Source: Ginglymostoma cirratum (Eukaryota). Taken from it: a stretch of 64,000 nt of DNA. This document shows positions 26,240 to 37,621 of this stretch, one piece after another. Location of the stretch: NCBI GenBank assembly GCA_024137785.1, contig JAHRHZ010000140.1, forward strand, positions 28,535,542 to 28,599,541, in the 5' to 3' direction. The notes beneath the pieces are model-generated. The model searched no databases and was not told the origin of the DNA. It was given only the letters and a program-made list of their open reading frames with translations. The first letter of the stretch is position 1. Every line of letters starts with the position of its first letter. The translations under genes were made by a program, and so were the position numbers.

Positions 26240-26604
26240 AATTCAGGTTGTTGGTTGTGTTCACAGTGTGGCACATTGTGCATTCTGCAAGTTACATATA
26301 TTAATGCACAGACCTTGTCCCTTACAGACAGAAAAAACATGTACACACATTGCACCAGTTACAAACGAACAAAACAGGTGACAGCCATTCTCTGCTAATT
26401 TCTCAGGGAATGCCTTGACTGACTAGGTAAAACCTACTTTGTTTAAGGTTTAAACAAAGCTTGGCAGTTAGCAGTCAGTCATCATCTCACGAGTGCATTC
26501 TACAATGGTAATGCCTTTATGGATCAGACTCTACTTGCTGACCAAATCAGCACTCTGCTCTCAAAAATTATAAATATTGTTTTCTCTTTACATTAGATAA
26601 AATT

Positions 26605-27865
26605 CAATAGGTTTCTATGAGATCACTTCTCATTCTTCTAAACTCTAATGAATACAATCCTAACCAATTCAATCACTCCTCATATGAAAATCCTGTCATC
26701 CCAGGAATCAATTTGGTAAGCCTTCACTGCACTCCCATGATAGCAAGAACATCATTCCTCAAACAAGGAGACCAAAACTACATTTAATGTTCCAGGTGTG
26801 GCCTCACCAATACTCTGTATAATTTTAGCATCCTTGCTCCTGTATTCAAATCCTCTACAAAGGTCAACAAACAGTTTGTCTTCTTTATTACCTGCTGCAC
26901 CTACGTGCTTACTTTCAGTGACTGGTGCAGGAGAACATCAAGGTCTTGTTGAATATTCCCCTCTCTCAATTTACAGCCATTGAAATAATAATCTGCCTTC
27001 TTATTTTGTTACCAAAGTGGATAACCACATACTTATCCACATTACACTATATCTTTCATGCTGTTGCTCACTTACTTAGCCTGTCCAAATCACCCTGCAG
27101 AATCTCTGAATCCTCCTCACAGCTCACCCTTCCAACCTGTGTCATCTGCAAAATTTGAGATATTACATTGAGTTCCCTCATCTGAATCATTAACATATAT
27201 TCTGAAAAGCTGGGGTCCTAGTTCCCTACAGTACACCACTGTTATTCAGAAACTGACCTATTCTAAAACAATGCCTACTGTTTGGTCTCTGTGTGCTAAC
27301 TAATTTCCTACCCATCTCAATAATTACCCCACTGCAATGAACTTTAATTCTACACATTAATTTCTATGTGAGGCATTGTCAAAAGCCTTCTTAAAGTCCA
27401 AATAAGCCGTACTCACTGGATATCCCGATCAGCTCTACTGGTTATATCCTCAAAGAATTCAAGTAGATTTGTCAAGTTTGATTTCCCTTTTATGAATCCA
27501 TACTGACCATGTCTAATTCTACCACTGCTTTCTAAGTGCTCTGCTGTAAAATCCTTGATTTACATCTTCCCACTACTGAGATCAGTTTTACTCGTCTCTA
27601 ATTCACTGTTTTCTCTCTTTATCCCTTTTTAAATAGTGGGGTTAAATTAGCTACCCTCCAACCTTTAGGGACTACATCAGAGTCTAAAACGTCTTGCAAG
27701 GTGACCACCAATACATCCACTATTTCTGTGGCCACTCTCTTCCGTTCTCTGGGATGTATGTTATCTGGCCCTGGAGCTTTATCAACCTTCAATCCCATCA
27801 ATTTCTCCAACACTATTTCTCTACTGATACAGATTTGCTTCAGTTCCTCCTTCGTACTAAACTAT
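26605..27865 (-). mobile_element. CR1 LINE RT remnant
   Basis: Minus ORF MLEKLMGLKVDKAPGPDNIHPR...WRVANLTPLFKKG and FADD (gtcatctgcaaaa at 27141 on plus). Confidence 0.88.
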
Positions 27866-30800
27866 CTATTTGAATGATTAATTAATCCAATTTATATCAA
27901 ATGCTCCATGCATCCAGATGGTAAGCCATGAGGCTAGTCTTTTTAATGATCCTTGTTCCATTTCCTGTATTGTTTACTGTGGCACTTATTTGATGCTGGC
28001 CTTTGATTCCTCTGCCTATCATTTCTCTTCTTCCCCTTTCTATTTTTTACATTGGTACTTCTTGCAAATTGTCCAGATGAGTGAAAGATGAAAAGCTTCT
28101 TGAATCTCTTGAATCATCGACCTGGAGAAAAATAAGGAGAGCTAAATACTCTGTGATGACACAGAGGATAGGGGCAGAAAGATACAGGGCAATGAATCAG
28201 CCATCCAGCTAAAGTTGGACAAAGATCAGTTTAGTAAACATAAGTTCATTCATCTGAAGCCTAAAGCTGATAAGGACCAGAATATGTAGCAGAGATAGTT
28301 AGGTGAATCTATCAAGAGTGATAGTGTAGTGTATCTCTTGTTATTTTTTTTCCTTTTCTAATGTGCATTTTGTGAATTTTTTGAGACAAATTTAGTTTTG
28401 ATTACTTATGTTGCTCTGTATACTGCGAAATTGAAAAATGTAATGATCTATATCTGGTTCTGTCCCACCAGGTGTTTCAATCTGCCTTTAGAAGGATTGA
28501 AGCAGCACACAGCAAGCAGGATTCAGATTGCAAAGCAGCAGATGGTGGTGAAGTGTTGATATCACTGGGTTAGTACTGCAGAGACTGACAGTAATGCTGT
28601 GGGTATAGCTAATTTAATCAAAGCAGCAGGTGGAATTCAAATTCAACGAATTAGAATTGAAAGGTAGGTTCATTAATGGTAACTATGACAACCACTACTG
28701 ATTGTCCTAAAAGCCCTCAAATAAATCCCCTTTAGCGAAAGAGATCTTTATCCTGACCTTGTTTGGCATGTGACTTCAGGCTTAACTTCTCCTGACATGG
28801 CCTAATAAGTCTCTCCGTTCAGGGGCATTAGGGACATGCAACAAAAACTAGTCTTTCCGATGATGCTTACATCCCATTAAAGAATACAAGCAAAGGAGTG
28901 TTATTGTAACATGGTTGGATAATTAAATACCTAGGGCACACCTAAACATAAGGTAACTCAGATCACTTAATATTCTAAATGTGGTAAGAACCATAATGCT
29001 TATGGCGATGGGGGTGATAAGATAATTTATAAAAATGAAACAAAATCTCCAAAATTGTACCTAATTTAGAGCACATCCTGATTGCTTTTTAGTAATTATG
29101 GCACTGGTATATAGGAGAAAATTACAACCAGTAAGTGAGGAAATTACTCAAAGAAGAGCTGGGAAATAGACACAGCAGCAGTAACAATGAGCGCTTCAAA
29201 AGATTCAAGCATATTTTTATTAGCCAGGGTCTGAATAAGTTTATTCTTTTAATGTTAATTTCTTTAAGAAATAAAATGCTGAAGCATTATTTTCTGTGGC
29301 CTGTTTTTACAAGTGACTGTAAGTTTAACATAATAAAAAGCCAAAGGAATTTTATTTCAAACATGTTCAAAAGCAGTTCAAGATTATAAATTTGTTTTAG
29401 ATTAAAAGGCAGGCAGGAAATTTTGAGACTGTACAAAATGGATAGCTCAGCAGTCCAGAGCTGTAGAAAGATAGGTTGTAACATTTTCCTTTTCCCGTCC
29501 ACCCAGTTACTTCAGCAGTCTTAACTTAGTTAACCTGATTCTTACCATATTTTGACCAAATAACACAAAAATGATGGTCTCAGAACAGTGGCAACATGTT
29601 GAAGGTTAGGAAATAATGCTTAATGGTGAAGGAGAAATTATATTGTAGCTCAAACAATTTGTAACATTCGAAAATGGAACAAAAACATCTGTGGAGCTGA
29701 ACTCAAATTCTAATCAATTTGAAATTCAATTCAATAGAACTGAGGCAGATCAGTTAAAGAGTTATTTGTGATCTTTGATAATGGATTTCCAGTGGTGAAC
29801 CAAGTTTGATTCAAAAGAGGTGAGAGGGTGGTGTATTCTAGCCACATAAATAGGTGGTTTTATGTAGGGTGGGATGCTAGAATGTTAAAAATCTGAATTT
29901 CAATCCCAACACATCTGCTTCAGTTTTATGGGGTGGGACAGGGAACGCATTAGCAACGAACTCACTCCCAGGAGAAAGGGTGGAAATTTAAATACCATAA
30001 TGAGATTGTGTGTCTCATATTTAGCACCATTTAAGCTTGATCCTGATTAGCTTAATTTCCAAGTTTTGGGAATGTCAGCAACTAAACAGATGAAAGGACT
30101 GCTAGATCCTGGAGCTAGGTGCCTTTGCATTAAGCTTTTGGATCCAGTTTTCCTGCTTCACCAAACCTCCACAATTGGACAACCCCACGCCCTTCAGGTC
30201 ACCTCCTAACTCTTCTGATTCTTCTTGAACCTCTCCGATCACCTCCAGTAGGTCTGTTATTTTCTCTGAATGTTCTTCCTTTTGACCTCCGCTCTTCAAT
30301 TTGTTCCAGGCTCCAATCTTACCTTTGGCTTCAGATTTCTACTGATCTGGATGTCCATCTTCTCCCTGGCTTCTAATATCTCCCCAGCTCACCCCTGCCC
30401 AGTCTTTCCTATTTCTCTGTCCCTCCTATTCAATGGCCAACTGTCAAAGGCATACCTGCCCTACAGTCAACCAGCTTCTAATGCTGACTGGTTGTGGCTG
30501 AGAGGTAGAAATGAAAAAAAGAAGTTTCATGCTAAATTTGGCAGGATCTACAGGAAATTCATTATTTTGGGTTTCCTGTCTTCTAAGCAGTCTCCAGCAT
30601 CCTTTCCTGCCTCTGACTGAATACTTAACCTAACATGGTCATCTTGACTTTCAGTTTAAACAGAAACAAAAAACTTCAGTAGCTTAGATTCAGACCATTT
30701 TTCTCTTAAATGCCATGGAGGTCATTCTCCTGGCACTCCTCAGAACCTTAACTAATGCAATGCCATTTTGTAATGCTTTTACATTCTTCTGATCAATGTT

Positions 30801-31589
30801 TATCAGGACACCCCTGGCTATGTGCTTAAAAGCATCATATATTAGTAAGATTTCATTCTCTTAAGTGACACTACTTTTCCTCTATTACTCTCCTGAGATC
30901 AGGTACTATCAGTAAATCTTCTTTATGATAGCGCACTGCATAAATCTGTCTCTGTGAAGCATTCTCATAGAATCACCACGGTGAGGTTAGAATACTGAGT
31001 CTTTGAAAAGTGATGAATCGAACGAGACACTGAATTTTGTACGACCATAAAATAGGCATAAATTTACTGGAGTCTTGATTTGTTTTAAACCCAGAATCAA
31101 TAAGACTATTTCATTGGTAATAAAAACTTGCAATTACAAATCCAAGATAAAACACTTGGCAACATATTGTTATGAAACTGGATAATACAATTAAACATAA
31201 TTCTCCTCTCTTGCTTTGAACTCAACATCTTCCATGCGTTAAACAGATACATCAAATCTGGGAAGCAGAAAGAAGAACGGGAAAACAGAAAAGAAATGAA
31301 ATTTGGACCAAATAGTGAGTCAAAGGTAAGTTTTTTTTAGGATTCCGACTGAAAGTAAGGTGGAAGAAGGCAAGGCAATACGAAATGAGGGTAAGAACAA
31401 GAAGTAATGCTAGCAATGGCTGCAAGAATGGTTTATAATGTTAAAATGCAGAGAACGGGCAGAAAAGCATAAACAGTATTGGGGGAATGATGCGTATACA
31501 GCTGAAGAAGGTCACTGAGATAATGTAGAGTGAGGCCATGAGAGCAGTAAAAGCCAGAAGAGCTTCACAAGGACAACAGCAATAGTCAT

Positions 31590-31982
31590 TGTGGAAGGTG
31601 GCATCTGAAGGTAGTTAGGATGACTAAAGTGGCATGTGACAGCAAATATGATCGGGTTAAAGTAATTGACTAAAGTGGCGCTTGACAGCAAATACTGTCA
31701 TGTCAGTATGAGTCATGGTAAATGTGTTAGAGAGATTCAATGAGTGAATACTCTGTAAGGAAATGTTTATCATAGTTGGAACAGATAGCCGTAAGGATGC
31801 TGTATGAGCAACCTCCGCACGCAAGTATCTGTCGTAATACTGTATAAAAAGCCACGTCTACTCACCATAAGCAGCATAAGCTCAAAGATGTACTAAGAAG
31901 TGCTTTCAATAAAGACAACCTTTAAGACTTCTGCCCGGTGTCCGTCTTGCTCCTGTTCGCCAGTCTCAGAAAGATTCCAACA
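31590..31982 (+). repeat. ERV 5' LTR (~393 bp)
   Basis: Starts TGTGGAA, ends TTCCAACA (imperfect inverted termini). TATAAAAA at 31843, AATAAA at 31908, U3 direct repeat TGACTAAAGTGGC...TGACAGCAAATA at 31621 and 31667. PBS follows 3 nt later. The 5' boundary is inferred. Confidence 0.8.
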
Positions 31983-31985
31983 ACT

Positions 31986-32003
31986 TGGCGTAGCTGGCAG
32001 GAT
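31986..32003 (+). promoter_or_regulatory. Primer-binding site complementary to tRNA-Ser
   Basis: TGGCGTAGCTGGCAGGAT matches 16/18 to TGGCGTAGTCGGCAGGAT, the reverse complement of the vertebrate tRNA-Ser(AGA/TGA) 3' end. Confidence 0.85.
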
Positions 32004-32275
32004 CACAATAAAATGCCCTACCACCACCATTGCTCTCATTTTATTCTACTGGCGACTGCGAGGTAAGGACTCCTCTATTTAAAAGTCCTTGGGAGAAAGT
32101 GATAGTCTAAATGGTGGAAGGTCCTGTCTGACATGATCCAAAGAAGGTGAGCCTAGTCAATCCAGAGTTTGTTGTTAAAAAGAGATGTCTCTTTTGGTAA
32201 TAAATTAGATTATCTATGGCTCAAAAAGAGTCTAGTTTCGGTTCTGATCTAAGAGATGTGAGACCTAGCGTAAAA

Positions 32276-33716
32276 ATGTCTTGTTCGTCACCAACTACTG
32301 TCAAAGGTAAGCAGGCACCGCCTGACATTCTAGAAGAGGAAGTCTTGCAAAAGGATATATTGAACAACAATGCAATCTCCCTACCACCTTAATGGAAATT
32401 TGTAAATTTCCAAGAGACAATGGTCCCTGGATGAAATCAAACCAGCTTGGGGAAAAAGTACCCAACTCGTAGGTAAAGAATGAACTTGATGGTCTCTTTG
32501 TGTTATGCAACAGTTAAGACAGAGACAAGAGATCATTGACCAGTCCAATCATGACCAAAAAGTGAATAATTTGAAAGCGTATATAATGAATTAAAAAGAA
32601 CTAAAGACAAATAGGCCGCTGCTAAAAAGGAGATAGAATACATGAAGACTTCTTCGCTGACTCTGCCACCTTACCCCGCTACACCTTTATATTCCGTTCT
32701 TACTCCGAGTGCACCCCCTCTTAAAGGCAACTTGGAACTGTCCTCAGAAAGTAATGACAATTCCGAAACTAGTAAGGGAACCCCTGTGGCCATGTGCCCA
32801 GTCTGACTAAAACAATAAAAATGGAAAAAGACGAATGTCAAAGAAAAGGACAATGACCGGGGAGGGTCCAAATACAAATATACACAATGGGCTGCTCATA
32901 AGCCCCGATCTGAAATTGGTCGAAAAGTCGTCAAAAGAATTGCCTAGAAGACCCAGAAAGCGGGGTCTAAAAACTTGGAGTGAATTGGAAAATTTGAAAA
33001 ATATTTACTCGTTACATCCCATAGACAGAGTTCAAATTTTATCCGCCATGGTGGAATCAAATATGGGAAATTAACTTCTCACTCGAGTGACACCACAGTT
33101 CGGAGAGAATGGACAGAAGTTAGAGGACAGGTGGCGTTCTATCCGCAACTGGCTCCACGATCACAGCCCTCCTCAGACAGACTGTAACAAAATAACTAAT
33201 GTCAACAAAAAGGTACTGAAGACGTTAGGGACTTCGAGGATATTCGGTTAGAACACTGAGAGCTTGCTCGGGATGGTGGGCCAGACGATATAGAAAAACA
33301 GACACTCGCCCAATTAAAATCAGCCTTTGTGTTTGGCCTTAAACCCAAACTCGCAAAAATGTTGAAGTTACATTGCTGCGATCGGGAGCAGCACCACACC
33401 TCCCTCAGAGACCTGATTGGAGAAGGAAGTAAGCTGGAACAGGACATGGAATCAAAACTGAGTCATGCCCACTGTAGACCCTACTAACACTGATAAACAT
33501 CCCAGAAAATGCCACAATTGTGTAATGGAAGGACATTGGAGTAAAATTTGCAGACAGAAGAAAAATAATCCAGGTGGGAAACAGAATCCCAAACCACCTA
33601 AAGGGGCTTCTAGATGCGATAAATTCATCCTAATGCAATGCCTGACTCTACTTGAGCAATATAAAGGGTACTCAGAGTCTCAACTGAAGCAGTTCATTGA
33701 TCTTACAAAAAACTAA
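32276..33716 (+). pseudogene. gag: ERV gag (frameshifted, with stops)
   Basis: LPPYP...PSAPP late-domain region (PSAP at 32705-32716); capsid segment YSLHPID; MHR-like QQKGTEDVRDF; LKSAFVFGLKP; single CX2CX4HX4C knuckle CHNCVMEGHWSKIC at 33510-33551; TAA at 33714-33716. Start position is approximate. Confidence 0.88.
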
Positions 33717-34125
33717 CTCAGCCCACCCACTACCTGTTAGCCCCTTTTCCTGCAGCTTTAGAAAATCAACTGGACAGCTGTTATGTTTTAATGGGAGTGG
33801 GCGATAAGGAAATTGACTGTCTCCTTGACACAGATGCCAAGTTAACTTGTCCTTCCTTTGTCAGATGGCCATGGTCTACCCTGAAAGGGTGAGAAGAGGA
33901 CAGCAGTGGGAGCTGGGGAGAAATAACTCAAGATTGAGAAAACTGAACCCCTTCCTGATACAGCTGGGCCCCTATGAAATAGTCACCTCCATGTGGGTGG
34001 GTCCCGTCACACAAGCTTTACGGGGCATAGATGTATTGACCCAGATAAACCAGTCAACAACAAGATGGACAATGGTCAAGTCACCTGGTCCATAAGGCAT
34101 CTTACCCAAGAGGAATAGCAAGACC
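33713..34125 (+). pseudogene. pro: ERV aspartic protease (-1 frame to gag, active site mutated)
   Basis: Frame is open from the slippery site: LTQPTHYLL...MGVGDKEIDCLLDTDAKLTC (LLDTGA changed to LLDTDA at 33827-33835), later ALRGIDVL (LxGxD motif) after a frameshift. Confidence 0.82.
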
Positions 34126-34127
34126 AC

Positions 34128-34566
34128 CAGGAAGGCCTACCTTGGCACAAGCTTTACCCTGGTCTTGTGCAGTATACGGGCAACTCCCGATAGGATTATA
34201 GGCCTCAGTCCCTTTGAAGTCATGACAGGTCGGCCTATGTCCTCACCCAGTACCATTGACCTACGTACTGCTGACTACCACCTGTTAATTGACCTTTTGC
34301 TCCAATATTGTCAAGATCTAACCATAGCTGTGAGCTCTGCTTCTCAAAAGGTGTCGACAGCTTGGGGGAATCCCCCAGATGGAGCACACAACTTAGTTCC
34401 CGGCACCTGGGTCTACATCAAAAAACTACATAAAGAACCTTTCGCCGCTATGTGGGAAGGTCCATACCAAGTTCTGCTGACAACACAATCCACTGTTAAA
34501 GTCCACAACAAGAAATCTTGGATCCACTCATCCCACTTAAAAAGGACTCACAATATCGAAACATGA
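34128..34566 (+). pseudogene. pol: ERV integrase, C-terminal half only
   Basis: EGLPW...LVLCSIRATP...GLSPFEVMTGRPM...WEGPYQVLLTT...VKV...WIHSSHLK is the GPY/F-type integrase tail of class I ERVs. Confidence 0.92.
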
Positions 34567-35773
34567 AGTTGTCCGCGATAAGTCTGTTACTCGCGTCTTT
34601 TTGTATGGTTTCAACTGGTAATGTACCTAAATGAGAACTAAATGTAAACACTTTCCTTTACCTCTCATACTTATGTCTTTACAAATACTGTGGCCAGCTG
34701 TCAGGTGTGTACCCATATTCCGACCCACTCTAAAGGGGGAATCCAATTACATCCAGTCCCCTTCAATGCCTCTGAAGTGGCGGAGCGGGTGCTGAAACAG
34801 AACAACTCACTGCCCGGAAATTGAGAGGGTTTACAGACCGAAGCTGACTGCTCAATGGCTAACAACGACAGGCTAATATACGAGTGGGCAATCTGCAGGG
34901 TACCCCCTCACCGTCTTCCATAGATTCTAACAACCAGACTACTGCACCACCTCCTCTCCCCCTTTTGTTACACTGACCAACACTTTGTATGAAGGCAGGC
35001 GCAGAACCCTTATCTGTCTCACCTGAACAGCAGTTCAGGAGAAAGGGACACCCATGGGAGTCAGCAAATGCTCCCAATTTTATAACATTTCTATTTTCCC
35101 CTTCTTGGGGGAGAATTCCCAATCCTTTCTGACCAAAGGGACTCAACAGCTCTGTCCTCACGCAGGGCTCCAACAGACTTCTTACTTTTCGCAAAGCCAA
35201 CTGCGGAGACACTTTTAAATAAAATTGTTTACTAAAAATATTACCCGTTTCACCCGCTTTAACGGTACCTATTTTGTTTGTGACCACAAGGCATACGCCT
35301 GGTTATTCCCCTCCTGGACAGGGTCCTGTTATCTCGCTTATGTGGTCTCGTTTATGGGTCACCTTACAAAACTTCCCGATGTCCGCTCTACTATGCGCAG
35401 GATGCCATCACTGAAACCGAACAATTCTTTTCTATTCTGTTTTCCCCGTATGGCACTGCCAGGTTGGCCAAGGAATTATACAATTTGGCTACTGCCCTGG
35501 ATCAGATAGCTAATGACGCAGCCCGCGCCTTAGATAAAACCACTGCCGAAATGCTAGCCATTCGCACAACTGTCTTGCGAAACCAAACAGCCCAAGACTA
35601 GCTTCTCTCTGAAAAAGGAGGCACATGTGCCCTCATTGCGAAAGAATGCTACACTTACCTCCCTGACAGTTCAGAGAAAATTACCAAACTTGTGGATTAC
35701 ATCCGTAAAGACGCTGACAAACTCAAATACCCCCAGAAAACACCCTTTGGAGTTGGGCTATGGGTTGGTTAGG
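34563..35773 (+). pseudogene. env: ERV gamma-type env, truncated before the membrane anchor
   Basis: Signal peptide MKLSAISLLLASFCMVST; CQVC (CxxC) at 34699-34710; NGTYFVCDHKAYAWL...WTGSCYLAY; basic cleavage region RSTMRR; heptad; ISD-like LRNQTAQD*LLSEKGGTC plus CALIAKECY (35575-35652); ends at W-rich LWSWAMGWLG. Confidence 0.92.
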
Positions 35774-37542
35774 ATAGCACCATTAAAATGGAAAGGACAT
35801 GATTAAGAAGTATTTTCCATATGTGACTATCTAATATATTTGTTACTGTTTCCAAATTAAATATGTACTTTATGGAGAAAGACGTAGCAGTGTTGAGAAT
35901 ACAGATCCACTTTATGTTATATACATGTTTTCTAACATTAGGTTAAAAAGCATACTGCTTTTCAATACTTAAATAACTACAACTCCTGATCCGGCAAATA
36001 CTGCTAAAATCTGGGAATCAATGGCACTTTGAATTTGCCATTTCATCAGGTCTATACAAGTTGATAGTTATGTCTTTGGGATGAAGAATGTATTTGCTAC
36101 GTTATTGTAGTATCAGCCTACACGGGTTCCAGGAGACCTGTTGCACTGCTTGAGGAATGGCAGAATTTCCCAGTTGCCTATCCGTCCCAGCTGTGACCCT
36201 GTTCTAAATGCTCAGAACAGGATCATTAATGTATTAGACGTGGGCACCTGGCCAGTATTAAGGCACCTTCCGTTTTAACCCAATACGCAAATTGGTTGTT
36301 GCTGACTAATGGGTCAAATGGCCTTTTTCGGCACTGTAGGGATTCATTGATATCCAGCAAAGTTTGGACAACATTAAGGCTTGACAATTAACATTCAGAC
36401 CATACACATTCTGGGCAATGAGCATCTCCAAACGACAAGTTCTAAACACTTTCCCTTGGTGTTCAACGACTGTTTCAGCATTGAGCGTCCCTTCATTAGT
36501 ATCCTGGGATAACATTAACCAGAAACTTTTGATTCCCACCTTGAAGCTGAAAATTTGGGCCTAAGTGTCAGTGGGACGTTTGCCAGTGACCGTTGTCACA
36601 ACTAACTGGAAATCTACCCTCAGTGGTTATATACATACGAAAACTTAACAGCAGAATCACGAACTCAAGATCAAAGTGAGAATGTTGTTTGATTTTTTTG
36701 CTTCCCCAGGCCAAGGGCAGTAAAGTCAGCTGAGGTCAGGAAAATCAACATGGAGCAGTATTCGGCAGCAGTAGTGCGATAGTACAAGTGCTTCAGCAGT
36801 AAATTCAATATTGGCCATGTTAAATACAGCAGTAATATGTCAAACCATGAGAGCTTTACTGTTGATACTCAAAACAGCAACTACAATTCATGTGATTCTT
36901 CCAAGTAATCCTGCCAACATTTGGAATGAAACAGAATCAAGTTTCTTCAAGGGTGTTAAGAGTAAAACCAGAAATAATGACAATTTATTAACAGCAAGGC
37001 AAGGCCAACAAAAATAAACTGCAGTATATAGCTTCCAAATCAGAGCGGTTTATATCAATGTTCACCTTTGGCCCACTCTTTTAAGTGTTTCATTGAAACA
37101 GCAGGATGGCCTCAACCAATTCCCGTTCTGTAAATGTCATCAGGCAGCCATAGCAAGCAGTTCAAGCAGGGTCAAGCGTGGCTAAATCATCCTTTATCTG
37201 CTAGAGAAGGGAATTTTTCATTTCCATGAAGTAATTGATGTGTTGGTTCAAACAGGATCAAATGAAACTTATACTGGTTTGCAAGAATGAGTATTAAGCA
37301 TTCCTCAAAATAACTGTATGATTTTGTTTATCAAGTAGACACTCAGTCCGGGCATTTCCAACAAATTAGGAGTCTAAGAAGAATTAGAAATATACGAGCT
37401 ATGCTGAATTTAATAGGTTAACATGGATAACTTTTGATGGTTGGTGTTGGCACAGTACAGGCTTTAGCCACTCTTGCAACTATCCTTGAAGACATAGCAA
37501 CATGGTTTTATTGTTTGCAAACAAGAGATTTCAGTTACTTAC

Positions 37543-37621
37543 CGTATAATTCCGTGTGTTTGTGACAGCACTGCCATCAAGCAGGTAGTGTGTCTCTGTG
37601 TAGTTTTCAGCAAAAAGCACA
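37543..37621 (-). CDS. ADAM12: ADAM12 internal coding exon (79 bp, prodomain; probably exon 4)
   Basis: ctgttcctgttttgcag|T GTG CTT... encodes VLFAENYTETHYLLDGSAVTNTRNYT, donor ACG|gtaagt. Matches ADAM12 LIASSFTETHYLQDGTDVSLARNYT. The phase-0 end joins the 77-bp exon. Confidence 0.93.

Larger units (their letters stand above)
25700..28110 (+). mobile_element. Penelope-like element remnant (family C): inverted 5' repeat, GIY-YIG C-terminus, 3' repeat split by a CR1
   Basis: 25945-26050 gives YECHI*YEARCVVWMS / LADCIKKHIPSAVR (cf. VYEF.C.CDARYVGRT..RLADRIKQH); 26280-26350 gives ILQVTYINAQ / RQKKHVHTLH. The 3' repeat (26480-26600 plus 28048-28105) is reverse-complementary to 25700-25850. Confidence 0.7.
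31590..35773 (+). mobile_element. Defective endogenous retrovirus (5' LTR-PBS-gag-pro-[RT/RH deleted]-IN C-term-env, 3'-truncated), antisense to ADAM12
   Basis: Ordered LTR, PBS, gag (late domain, MHR-like region, zinc knuckle), protease, GPY/F integrase tail and env with CxxC, ISD and CX6CC-like motifs. Multiple stops and frameshifts. Confidence 0.93.

Noticed and set aside
34563-35773. Domesticated syncytin-like env
   Set aside because: Multiple stops and frameshifts, including within the ISD, and a mutated CX6CC.
35780-37100. Possible retroviral accessory genes after env
   Set aside because: Only short interrupted frames with no recognisable motif and no PPT or 3' LTR to bound them; treated as host intron.
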